Source: Candidatus Odinarchaeota archaeon
Lineage (GTDB): Archaea; Asgardarchaeota; Odinarchaeia; Odinarchaeales; Odinarchaeaceae
Reading direction: 5' to 3'
DNA length: 32,000 bases
NCBI GenBank assembly: GCA_038826135.1
Contig: JAWBON010000005.1
Span: forward strand, 1-32,000
Shown here: one piece after another, positions 1 through 8,581 of the stretch
Numbering within the stretch: position 1 is the stretch's first letter
How the letters are laid out: every line of letters begins with the position of its first letter
Position numbers and translations under genes: made by a program
The notes under the pieces: generated by a model
What the model was told of the DNA's origin: nothing
Database searches by the model: none
The model's input: only the letters and a program-made list of their open reading frames with translations

Positions 1-396
1 GATCAACCCCCTCTGAACTTGGTTTAAAAATTCTAGTTTAAACCCGTCAAGATCTGTTACAAGTATATTTGGGTTCAGCTTGTTTTCTATAAGAGCTGTT
101 AAAGCACCGTCAACCGCTATAATCATTAATTTACGCTTTAAATCTTCCAGTAAAGGTTTAAGTTTATTAAGTGATATTCCAAGAGAGGGGCCGGGTGCAA
201 CTATTAGAATCAGCCTGCCTGTGATTTTACTCTTAAATTTTTTAATAACCAAGGCAGGGTTAGTAAGCATTCCACCTAATAATTTAGCAGCCTCTAAATC
301 TAAAACCGGATCGTATTTAAACTCTGCTAGGATCTTCGGATACCAGTTTTCTAGAAAATTCTTTTTTAAAAAATTTATTTTCTCTTTAACTCTCAT
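1..396 (-). CDS. mptE: 6-hydroxymethyl-7,8-dihydropterin pyrophosphokinase MptE-like (DUF115), 3' end outside window
   Basis: Hand translation from ATG at 396: MRVKEKINFLKKNFLENWYPKILAEFKYD...LILIVAPGPSL...MIIAVDGAL...NILVTDLDG. The Y..I...F.YD, GPSL, AVDGA and VTDLDG motifs match the MptE family. The ATG directly abuts the cofE TAA. Confidence 0.8.
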   Translation of the reverse strand, partial: MRVKEKINFLKKNFLENWYPKILAEFKYDPVLDLEAAKLLGGMLTNPALVIKKFKSKITGRLILIVAPGPSLGISLNKLKPLLEDLKRKLMIIAVDGALTALIENKLNPNILVTDLDGFKLEFLNQVQRGLI

Positions 397-1167
397 TTAA
401 AGCCCCAGCTTATCCCGGAATACAGATACGTAAAGACATTCCTCCGGAGGTATTAACAACTCCTCCATTTTAATACGGCGCTCTGTGAATTCGACAGGCG
501 CCTCCCTGACTAAAACAGCGGGAGTGCTTTCATCAGCCTCCCCCATCAACAGCTCAGCCGCTGAGGCTATGTTATCAGCTATAGCCCTCCGTGTGATTCT
601 AAGAGGTCTACCGAAAAGATCTCTATGACCTCTCTCATCTTTAACAGGTATAATACCAGCCACACCAACAGCTAAGCCTATGTTCCCTAAACGCAAAGGT
701 TGAGTCCTGCTATCAGCTATGATGACGCCTATATTCACGTTAAATCTTTTTTTAACATGTAAGCGAATTTCTTCAGCGGTTTTACACGGATCGGCTGGTA
801 GAAGAGTTACAAATCCGGGGGGAGCATTACTCTTATCCACCCCTGCGTTAGCCTGAAAAACACCGTCTTTTAAAGTTAGTAGAACGTGTTTAACCCCGCC
901 TAAAACCTTATCAGCCTCCCGTAAAACAACCTCTACTAGTTCAGGCTCCATATCATATTCAGCTGCAAGTTTTTCAGCCTCCGCGCTAGGTTCAACCTCT
1001 GAAAGCTTTACAACCCGTCCTTGGCTTAAACCTAACGGGGATTCAGCTATAACTAATATATCATGCTCTTCAAAAAACAAGCGCTGGCCAGCCATAACCT
1101 CAATCAAGAGATCTATTAAGCTGTCACCCTCCTTGATTAAAGGTGTTCTAATAGGGTAAAGAATCAT
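397..1167 (-). CDS. cofE: Coenzyme F420-0:L-glutamate ligase family (CofE-like gamma-glutamyl ligase)
   Basis: Motifs P.IKEGD, ANAGVDKSN, LLPADP, GVIIADS, G.A.GVAG, DLFGRPLRIT, ADNIASAAELLMGEADESTPAV. ATG 1167 follows an SD-like GGGGG; the ORF track starts at TTG 1173. Confidence 0.88.
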   Translation of the reverse strand: MILYPIRTPLIKEGDSLIDLLIEVMAGQRLFFEEHDILVIAESPLGLSQGRVVKLSEVEPSAEAEKLAAEYDMEPELVEVVLREADKVLGGVKHVLLTLKDGVFQANAGVDKSNAPPGFVTLLPADPCKTAEEIRLHVKKRFNVNIGVIIADSRTQPLRLGNIGLAVGVAGIIPVKDERGHRDLFGRPLRITRRAIADNIASAAELLMGEADESTPAVLVREAPVEFTERRIKMEELLIPPEECLYVSVFRDKLGL

Positions 1168-1188
1168 AGACAACCCCCACTCCGTTGA

Positions 1189-2322
1189 TTAAAAATCATC
1201 CTCCCCGGTTGTTAACACTTTAACAAGCTCCTTCTCACCGTAGCCTGTGACCACTTTTAAGTAGCCTTTAAACTGAGCGTCTAACTCAGGATCTCCTGTA
1301 TCAACCCTTAAACCTTTAAGTGTAGATAATTTATAAGGTGTCGCTACAACTATAATGTTTTCAATCCCGATTTTACGTATGACTTGAGGACTTAACTGCT
1401 GGTTGCCTCTGCCGAGTATAAAGCCTTGGTTGCCTATAACAGTCACAATTATCTTAGGCGGCTTAGAATATTTCAGTTTTAAAATATCGTTTTCATTAAC
1501 ATCTTTTTTAAACAGTCTCCTATTAAAAATCACGTCAATCCCTAAAAGCGTTTTCTCAACACCTATATAGGAGGCAATAGCCGCCACGGTTGTTCCCGGA
1601 CCTAAAATATAGTAAACATCCTCCTCCATGCTGTCAGCTATATATTTTGCTATAGCCTCTTTATCCATGTAGTCGTCTACAAGATTAGGGCTGGCTTCCT
1701 TAGTACCCTGAATGTAAAAAGGCTGATACGGGACTTTCGCATAACCTTTCAGCCTAGCCGCTACAATTCCTTTTCTAAAAGCATCCTCATCAATATCCAT
1801 AACCTCCATCTCGGTGTAAGGAATCTCTAGGAAAACAGCCTCTCGAATTATAGCAGCGGCGGCTAAAGGTGTCGATGCGAAAACCCCGCTGTGCATTTTC
1901 ACCCCTGCCGGTATACCTAGCACAGGAATCTTCATATCAATCACATCCACTATATCAACAGCTGTCCCATCACCACCGCAGAAAACCAGCAGGTCTAAAC
2001 CCTTATCTAACATAACCTGTGCGCAATTTTTAGTATCCGCAGCGGTTGTCATACCACCCTCTTTAATATAGTAGACGACCTCCCCTTTGAAACCGAGCTC
2101 CTCTAGAATAAAACCGCCCATAACACCGGAGGCTGTGTAAACGTATATTTTATCTATAAGAGCTCTTAACCGTTTAAAAACCTCTCTCACCCGAAGAGGA
2201 GCCTGCGGCTTAACACCCATCTTCAAGGCTTCAGCGACTATTAACGGGTCATCCGTGCCCTTAAAACCGGAGGCCCCACCTAAACCAGCTATAGGGTTAA
2301 CTATAAGACCAAGCTTAAACAA
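1189..2322 (-). CDS. ATP-NAD/AcoX kinase family protein
   Basis: N-terminal GLIVNPIAGLGG..GFKGTD, GGDGT, PVLGIPAGVKMHSGVFA, QGFILGRGNQQLSP. Probable TTG start at 2322, 5 nt after GGAGGT. Confidence 0.85.
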   Translation of the reverse strand: MFKLGLIVNPIAGLGGASGFKGTDDPLIVAEALKMGVKPQAPLRVREVFKRLRALIDKIYVYTASGVMGGFILEELGFKGEVVYYIKEGGMTTAADTKNCAQVMLDKGLDLLVFCGGDGTAVDIVDVIDMKIPVLGIPAGVKMHSGVFASTPLAAAAIIREAVFLEIPYTEMEVMDIDEDAFRKGIVAARLKGYAKVPYQPFYIQGTKEASPNLVDDYMDKEAIAKYIADSMEEDVYYILGPGTTVAAIASYIGVEKTLLGIDVIFNRRLFKKDVNENDILKLKYSKPPKIIVTVIGNQGFILGRGNQQLSPQVIRKIGIENIIVVATPYKLSTLKGLRVDTGDPELDAQFKGYLKVVTGYGEKELVKVLTTGEDDF

Positions 2323-2357
2323 TCTAAACCTCCAATAAAAATTAGGAAAATGAAAGA

Positions 2358-2804
2358 TCACTCGTGGCTGGCTACCTCTTGCTTCACGAACTCCATGTAA
2401 CTCTTATCATTCATAAGCTTCTTAACTTCACTGTTAAGATCGCTGGGTTCAATAACCATGATATAGCCTGCTCCGTAAGGCTCCTTATTTGCAAGCTCCG
2501 GGTTATTTTCCAGTTTCCGGTTAATCTCCACAATCCTACCGCTCACAGGCGAATAAACTTCAGATGTAGCTTTCACTGATTCAATAGCAGCAATCTGCGA
2601 GCCGGCTTTAACCTCACTTCCTACATCCAGCGCTTCCTCATCAGCGTTTATGAACTCCACGTAAACAAGATCTTTCAAATTCCTCTGAGCGTAATCAGTT
2701 ATACCCACTACAGCCTTATTATTCTCAATCTTCAACCATTCATGCGTCTTAGTATAATACAATCCTTCCTGAATAACATAGTCTCCAACCTTCAAAGAAA
2801 CCAT
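2358..2804 (-). CDS. gcvH: Glycine cleavage system H protein (lipoyl carrier)
   Basis: YYTKTHEW, VGITDYAQ, lipoyl-lysine motif ESVKATSEVYSPVSG, N.EPYGAG. Confidence 0.95.
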   Translation of the reverse strand: MVSLKVGDYVIQEGLYYTKTHEWLKIENNKAVVGITDYAQRNLKDLVYVEFINADEEALDVGSEVKAGSQIAAIESVKATSEVYSPVSGRIVEINRKLENNPELANKEPYGAGYIMVIEPSDLNSEVKKLMNDKSYMEFVKQEVASHE

Positions 2805-2918
2805 CTCCAGTTGTGAGTAAACTAAGTTGAATTTATCTTATCATAATCCCCTTATTAGATTTACTTTTCCATATGAGCGGTGTTTTAAAACATTTTTTAA
2901 AATTAATCAAGGGATACT

Positions 2919-3464
2919 ATGGATACTGGAATAATACTTAAAATACTAGTTGTCGGCGATGAGGGTGTGGGTAAAACATGCTTGATTAAAAGATTCGCTG
3001 ATAACATATTCCCGGATACCAGTAAACAGACAATAGGAGTAGACTTCACTGTTAAAAAAATAAGAATAGGGGACAAGCTAGTTAAACTTCAAATATGGGA
3101 TTTCGGAGGCCACAGCTATTACAGGCAGATACAATACACATTCTGCGAGGGAGCGAAAGGCGTGATACTCGCATTCGATCTATCAAATACTAGCACATTC
3201 AAAAATCTTAGCAGCTGGGCGGCCTTCCTAAAAGATGCTGTTGAAGAAGACACTCCTAAAATACTAGTAGGCACCAAAAGCGATTTAAAATGGCCCAGAC
3301 CACTTATTAAAGAAATCCGGTCTTTTATTGAAAAAAACAAATTTCAAAACTATTTTGAAACCAGCGCTAAAGAAAACATATCAGTTCAACCGCCATTCCA
3401 TTATTTAGCGAAGACAATAATTAAACAGCATATTAAAACACCGCACACACCACTGATATTTTAA
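2919..3464 (+). CDS. Rab-like small GTPase (Ras superfamily)
   Basis: G1 GDEGVGKT, G2/RabF1 TIGVDF, RabF2 KLQIW, G3 DFGGH, G4 TKSD, G5 ETSAK. No C-terminal Cys prenylation motif. Confidence 0.92.
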   Translation: MDTGIILKILVVGDEGVGKTCLIKRFADNIFPDTSKQTIGVDFTVKKIRIGDKLVKLQIWDFGGHSYYRQIQYTFCEGAKGVILAFDLSNTSTFKNLSSWAAFLKDAVEEDTPKILVGTKSDLKWPRPLIKEIRSFIEKNKFQNYFETSAKENISVQPPFHYLAKTIIKQHIKTPHTPLIF

Positions 3465-3623
3465 CCTAATATTTTAACTATTTATTTTGAGTTTTTATTC
3501 AGCTCATTAAATAAGCTTAGAATATAGATTCCGTAAAAAAATATTTTATCTATAATAAGAGCGCTTTAGATTTTCTCTTTAGCCGCTGGTTTCGAGAAGA
3601 TAAATAGGCTTCTCAATTTCAGT

Positions 3624-4952
3624 TTAAGATTCAGATATTAAAGCTGTTTTTATCTTCCACTTTTTTAAATTATTTTTAAAAGTTCTTCCAGTAATAAGAC
3701 TTTCAGCCATTGAAAAAACCGATCTTCTAAAAGAACGTTTACCTATTATTGATTTCAAGAATCTAAAAATTACAGGAATCATAGAGTTAAGCTGCTCTGT
3801 CATTTCCAAACTTATATCATAAAGTTCTTGAATAGTGAGGTTTTTCGGCTTAAAAGTAAATAGGGGAAAAGGGTCTTCTAACCAAAACTGGTTATTAAAT
3901 AATCTGTTTTCAGAAACAAGTTTATCATATATTTTAGTTCCAGGATAAGGGGTAAGGTGAGTTATATTCGGTATATCAATATCAGACTCTATAATAAAAT
4001 CTTTAAGCCTATTTAAACTATCTTTTGTATCGAAATCAGTGCCTATTATAAAGGAGCCCATCACACCAACACCGTAATCATGAATTTTCTTTACAATATT
4101 TTTATAGTTTGAAACCCCTTTAGACAAATTGAGCTTTTTATTAAAAGATGATAAAATATTCGGGTCTATGGATTCAAACCCGATAAATAAGAACATACAC
4201 CCACTTTCAGCTAATAATTTTAAAATTCTTTCATCATCAGCAATATTAATCGAAGCTTGACCCATCCAGTGTAAACTATACTCTTTTAACAATCCAAATA
4301 ATTCCACAGCTCTTCCTACAGCTTTTCCACCTACACCGATAATATTATCATCAACAATAAACACATTTTTTTTCTTAAGAGATTCAACCTCCTTTTTCAG
4401 ATAATTTAAAGGCTTATATCTATATGTTCGCCCGTGAAACCTTGTCACAGAGCAGAAATAACAGTCTAGTGGACATCCTCTTACAGTCTCGAAACTCTCA
4501 AATTTATATTCATTTTTTATCAAATCTCTTCGAGGAATTTTAAATTTAGAGAAATCGAATAAACCTGATTTATACACTTTACGAAGCTTCCCCTCTTCCA
4601 AATCCTGTAGCAAATTCTGCCAAACTAGCTCACCGTCACCGACTACCACAGAGTCAGCGTACCGCATCGACTCCTCTGGAAGTATTGAAGGATGATTACC
4701 ACCTAAAACAACAGGGATACCTCTTTCTCTAAATTGATTAGCAATCAAGTACGCTCTTCTAATTGAATAAGTATTAGCTGTTATAGCAGCCAAATCCGCA
4801 TCGTAATCAAGGCGTTGAAAATTATTATCGATAATTTTCACCTCATAATCATCAGGTATGAAAGCCGCTAAACTAGCTAAACTAAGCGGTGGAAACAATT
4901 TCATTGCATATTCCGGAGTTGAAGGGTTAACTAAGACTATCTTTTTTACCAT
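3624..4952 (-). CDS. B12-binding radical SAM protein
   Basis: N-terminal cobalamin-binding domain (LVNP, PPLSL, D.N, VVLGGNHPS, VVGDGE), RGCPLDCYFC CxxxCxxC motif, GFES, LTPYPGT. Likely start MVKKIVLVNP at 4952. Confidence 0.88.
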   Translation of the reverse strand: MVKKIVLVNPSTPEYAMKLFPPLSLASLAAFIPDDYEVKIIDNNFQRLDYDADLAAITANTYSIRRAYLIANQFRERGIPVVLGGNHPSILPEESMRYADSVVVGDGELVWQNLLQDLEEGKLRKVYKSGLFDFSKFKIPRRDLIKNEYKFESFETVRGCPLDCYFCSVTRFHGRTYRYKPLNYLKKEVESLKKKNVFIVDDNIIGVGGKAVGRAVELFGLLKEYSLHWMGQASINIADDERILKLLAESGCMFLFIGFESIDPNILSSFNKKLNLSKGVSNYKNIVKKIHDYGVGVMGSFIIGTDFDTKDSLNRLKDFIIESDIDIPNITHLTPYPGTKIYDKLVSENRLFNNQFWLEDPFPLFTFKPKNLTIQELYDISLEMTEQLNSMIPVIFRFLKSIIGKRSFRRSVFSMAESLITGRTFKNNLKKWKIKTALISES

Positions 4953-5136
4953 TAAACCACATTTATAAATTAATCCAATCAAAAATAAAAGCAAACTTCT
5001 AAATTAAGCATTTTAAACTATCTTTCCTCTGAAAATTTAAACCTATTAAAAATAAGTACACATGCTAAAATTTTTAAACTATACAGTATGAGAGCGCGAG
5101 ATATCAGTTAATATAAAGTTAGCTAAGCAAATTTAG

Positions 5137-5346
5137 TTAAGGCGCTTTCATGTTAGCAAACTTTTTCGAGTCTGAATGCCTTTCCCCGCCTGTAGCCCAA
5201 TTACTCTTAGGAGTTTCATAAATGATGATCTCAACCGCTTCCTTAGGAATACCCACCGATTCAAAAGTTTTAGTTATACCTTCAACAATACAACGCTTAC
5301 ATTCATCACTCATTCCAGCCCAAACAGTGATTTGAACAACAGGCAT
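5137..5346 (-). CDS. 4-oxalocrotonate tautomerase family protein
   Basis: (M)PVVQITVWAG with catalytic Pro-1, K..IVEGIT, V.IIIYE...NWATGG. Confidence 0.85.
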   Translation of the reverse strand: MPVVQITVWAGMSDECKRCIVEGITKTFESVGIPKEAVEIIIYETPKSNWATGGERHSDSKKFANMKAP

Positions 5347-5398
5347 ATTCTCCACCGATAATATAGAGTACTTGTTAAATTATTTAAAGCATATTTAG

Positions 5399-5504
5399 TG
5401 GTGCGGGGGATGGGATTTGAACCCATGAAGCTGTCTGCGTCTATTAGACTCTACAGCATAGGATTCTGAGTCCTACCCCTTAGACCTGGCTCGGGAACCC
5501 CCGC
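5399..5504 (-). tRNA. tRNA-Leu(CAG) with an 18-nt intron (5433-5450) in the variable arm; CCA encoded
   Basis: Acceptor GCGGGGG/CCCCCGC, anticodon arm TAGGA-CTCAGAA-TCCTA, T arm ATGGG-TTCAAAT-CCCAT. The variable region is too long. BHB-like fold CTGT-AG^A-GTCT-AAT-AGAC-GCAG-AC^A; removal leaves a normal Leu V-arm T-GCT-GTAG-AGC-TTC and an 88-nt tRNA. Confidence 0.93.
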
Positions 5505-5540
5505 TTTTGTAATAATTCTCAGATACGAGTATTTTAATTT

Positions 5541-6332
5541 TTATAGAGCGCTTTTTATTATCCCGCCGTCGATTTGTATGGTTGCTCCTGTGATATAGCT
5601 TGCTCTTTCAGATGCTAAGAAGACTATTAGTTCAGCGTATTCTCTGGGGTTTCCTAGTCTACCTAGCGGGATCTGCGACTCCCAGTCTTTGAATATGTTT
5701 TCTACAGTTGTGTTTAATTTAGCAGCTTTATTTTTAGCAAGCTGGATAACCCTGTCTGTTTTAAAATAGCCGGGGCATATGTTGTTAACTGTAATATTGT
5801 ATTTTCCAACCTCGTTTGCAAGTGTTTTAGCGAAGCCTATGACCGCCAGTCTTATACTGTTTGAAAGAATTAAGCCCTCTATAGGTTGTTTAACGGAGAA
5901 AGATGTTGAATTTATTATTCTACCCCAACGCTTCTTTATCATGTAAGGTAACACATTTTTAGAAAGCGTTATAGTACTCATAAGATTCAGCTTAACAGCT
6001 TTCATCCATTCCTCCAGTGGGAGCTCTGTGAATAAGCCTGTAGGGGGACCGCCTGCATTATTAATAAGAATGTTTATATCCCCGAGGGCTTCAGCGGTTT
6101 CCTTCACAAATTTTTCGATTTCCGCCTCAACTGTTAAATCGCATTTAAAGGCTAAAACCTCAGCTCCTGTTTCTTTTATTATAGCATCCCGTGATTTTAA
6201 TAATTCGCTATTATTTCTCGCACACATTGAGACTCTAACACCTTCTTCTGCAAAGGCTTTAGCTATCTCAAAGCCGAGACCCCTGCTTGAAGCAGCTACG
6301 ATGGCTACTTTCCCTTTAAGCCCAAGATCCAT
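5541..6332 (-). CDS. Short-chain dehydrogenase/reductase (FabG-like SDR)
   Basis: AASSRGLG Rossmann motif, NNAGG, S...R (SNSIR) variant of the YxxxK site, NNICPG, GRLG.P.E, YITG. Confidence 0.9.
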   Translation of the reverse strand: MDLGLKGKVAIVAASSRGLGFEIAKAFAEEGVRVSMCARNNSELLKSRDAIIKETGAEVLAFKCDLTVEAEIEKFVKETAEALGDINILINNAGGPPTGLFTELPLEEWMKAVKLNLMSTITLSKNVLPYMIKKRWGRIINSTSFSVKQPIEGLILSNSIRLAVIGFAKTLANEVGKYNITVNNICPGYFKTDRVIQLAKNKAAKLNTTVENIFKDWESQIPLGRLGNPREYAELIVFLASERASYITGATIQIDGGIIKSAL

Positions 6333-6347
6333 ATAATCACCCGGCTA

Positions 6348-7187
6348 TTATTTAATTAAATTATATTTACTAATAAATTTTGATACGGTTTTAACCTGTC
6401 GCACATCATGAGTCCGGATTATATTAGCCCCTTTTAAAATTGCTAAAATTGTTGCGGCTGTTGAGCCTGTCAAAACATCTTCATCACTATCTGAGTTAAC
6501 CATGGTTTTTATGAAGACTTTCCTAGACAAACCTACAAGGATTGGTTTCCGGAGTGCTTTTAACCTGTGAATGTTTTTTAAGATTTGAATGTTCAACTCA
6601 ACCGATTTACCGAAGCCGAAGCCGGGGTCGATAATTATCTTTGACTTTTCAGCTTTTGCTTCAAGAGCAATATTTATACTCTCTCGTAAAGCAGGTATTA
6701 ACTGGTTAATGGAAGATATATCCCCCGGCTCACGTCTTGAAGCCATTAAAATAACATACGGCGAGTACTCTTCTATAACACGCTTCATATTTTTGTCTTT
6801 TTTAAGACCACTCACATCATTAATGATCTCAGCGCCTAGCCTTAACGCCTTCTCCGCCACCTTCGCTCTCATAGTATCCACTGATATAGGTAAGCTGGTG
6901 CAATCTCTAATATAGGGTAGAGCCTCCTCCACCCGTTTAAGCTCCTCCTCTTCTGAAACATATTTTGAGCCAGGGTAAAATGATACGGGCGCGGTTGAAG
7001 CGGCCCCTATATCAATAATATCCGCACCGTCTTCAACCAGTTTTAAAGTGTACTCGGTTAAATCCCTAGCCGTTATTTTAATAGATGGTGTGTAAAATGA
7101 CTCGGGGGAGCAGTTTATAACGCCCATTACAAGGGGTTGAGTATTCTCACCGATGATTTTAGATTTGAAGAATTTCTTCACCGTCAT
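6348..7187 (-). CDS. folP: Dihydropteroate synthase
   Basis: MGVIN.SPESFY, GADIIDIGAAST, ISVDT, IINDVSG, IIIDPGFGFGK, LVGLSRK, IIRTHDV. An alternative upstream ATG is at 7196. Confidence 0.9.
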   Translation of the reverse strand: MTVKKFFKSKIIGENTQPLVMGVINCSPESFYTPSIKITARDLTEYTLKLVEDGADIIDIGAASTAPVSFYPGSKYVSEEEELKRVEEALPYIRDCTSLPISVDTMRAKVAEKALRLGAEIINDVSGLKKDKNMKRVIEEYSPYVILMASRREPGDISSINQLIPALRESINIALEAKAEKSKIIIDPGFGFGKSVELNIQILKNIHRLKALRKPILVGLSRKVFIKTMVNSDSDEDVLTGSTAATILAILKGANIIRTHDVRQVKTVSKFISKYNLIK

Positions 7188-7277
7188 ACCTACCATCTAA
7201 TAAATTATTAAAGATTAACTAAAACTTTTTAAAAAACCTATCATAATTATTATCTTAACCAAGGGATAGGTGACATT

Positions 7278-8438
7278 ATGAGCGATAGACTTAAAATTAC
7301 CCATCTTAACTCGTGGCATAAGAAATACGCTAAAATGGTTGAGTTCGCAGGCTACGAGATGCCTTTATGGTATGAGAAGGGGATTGTGGAAGAGCATTTA
7401 ACAGTAAGACGCAGCGTCGGAGTTTTTGACGTAACTCATATGGGTCGTTTTATTTTCAAAGGCGCTGACGCTGAATCTTTACTTGACTATTTGACAACGA
7501 ATAATGTTAAAAATCTTAAAATAGGGGAGGGGCAGTACTCTGTTCTGTGCAATGAGAGTGGGGGTATAATAGACGATCTTATAATTTATCGCTTAGAGGA
7601 AGACTTGTTTTTCGTTGTTGTTAACTCAGCTAATAAAGTTAAAGATGAAGCCTGGTTTAGAAAACATGGGAAAGGCAGAAACGTTGATATACAGAATATA
7701 TCCGATAACACACCGCAGTTCGCTGTTCAAGGACCGAAAGCGGTAGAAACTTTGAGTAAAATCTCTGATGTAAACCTTAACAGACCGTATAAATTCGGTG
7801 ATATAATTGAAACAAAACTAGCAGGTTACAGCGTCTATGCTACGCGCACAGGCTACACAGGCGAAGACGGATATGAGATTGCCCAGCTAAACACGCCGTT
7901 ATCTAATCCTAAACCAGCGGTAGAGTTATGGGAGAGGATACTAGAGGCTGGTAAAGAGTTCGATATAACACCTGTCGGCTTAGGGGCGCGTGATACACTT
8001 CGATTAGAAGCGGGTATGCCACTTCACGGTTCAGATATAACCGAGGAGACTACACCCTTCGAGGCTAGACTTAAATTTGTGGTTAAACTGGATAAAGATG
8101 ATTTCATAGGTAAAACTGCTTTAAAAAAGCAGATGGAGTTGAAGCCTTCAAAACTTAGAGTGGGTTTAATCCTTATAGATAAAGGGATACCGCGCCCACA
8201 TCTTAACATATTTGCAGGCGGTAAAATAATAGGTGAAACAACAAGCGGAGGCTACTCACCTCTTATGCCTAAAGGTTACGGTGTAGCTTTAGGATACGTT
8301 GATAGAAAATATAAGGAAGACGGGACCATTGTCCATATAGAGATTCACGGTAAAAAAAGAGCTGCAGAGGTTGTAAAACCTAGAAAAATGCTGAATAAAA
8401 TAAAAGAGAAGGCTAGGCAGTTAAGCTCTAATCAATAA
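7278..8438 (+). CDS. gcvT: Glycine cleavage system T protein (aminomethyltransferase)
   Basis: FAGYEMPLWY, EHLTVR, FDVTHMG, GGIIDD, RTGYTGEDGYE, GLGARDTLRLEAG. Confidence 0.96.
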   Translation: MSDRLKITHLNSWHKKYAKMVEFAGYEMPLWYEKGIVEEHLTVRRSVGVFDVTHMGRFIFKGADAESLLDYLTTNNVKNLKIGEGQYSVLCNESGGIIDDLIIYRLEEDLFFVVVNSANKVKDEAWFRKHGKGRNVDIQNISDNTPQFAVQGPKAVETLSKISDVNLNRPYKFGDIIETKLAGYSVYATRTGYTGEDGYEIAQLNTPLSNPKPAVELWERILEAGKEFDITPVGLGARDTLRLEAGMPLHGSDITEETTPFEARLKFVVKLDKDDFIGKTALKKQMELKPSKLRVGLILIDKGIPRPHLNIFAGGKIIGETTSGGYSPLMPKGYGVALGYVDRKYKEDGTIVHIEIHGKKRAAEVVKPRKMLNKIKEKARQLSSNQ

Positions 8439-8581
8439 ATCCACAGTTCCAACGAATTTTTAAAGCGAAAGAGACTAAAAATTCTAAAATCTTCAAAAAA
8501 AGACGAGCCTAATGAAAATATTTATTTATAGCAAATTGAATTAATATTTACAGTTTATCTGGCTATTAGGCGGGAGACTCT

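Noticed and set aside
3465-5399. Integrated element with attL/attR at tRNA-Leu (also checked at tRNA-Met)
   Set aside because: No duplicated tRNA 3' end, integrase or transposase was found in the window.
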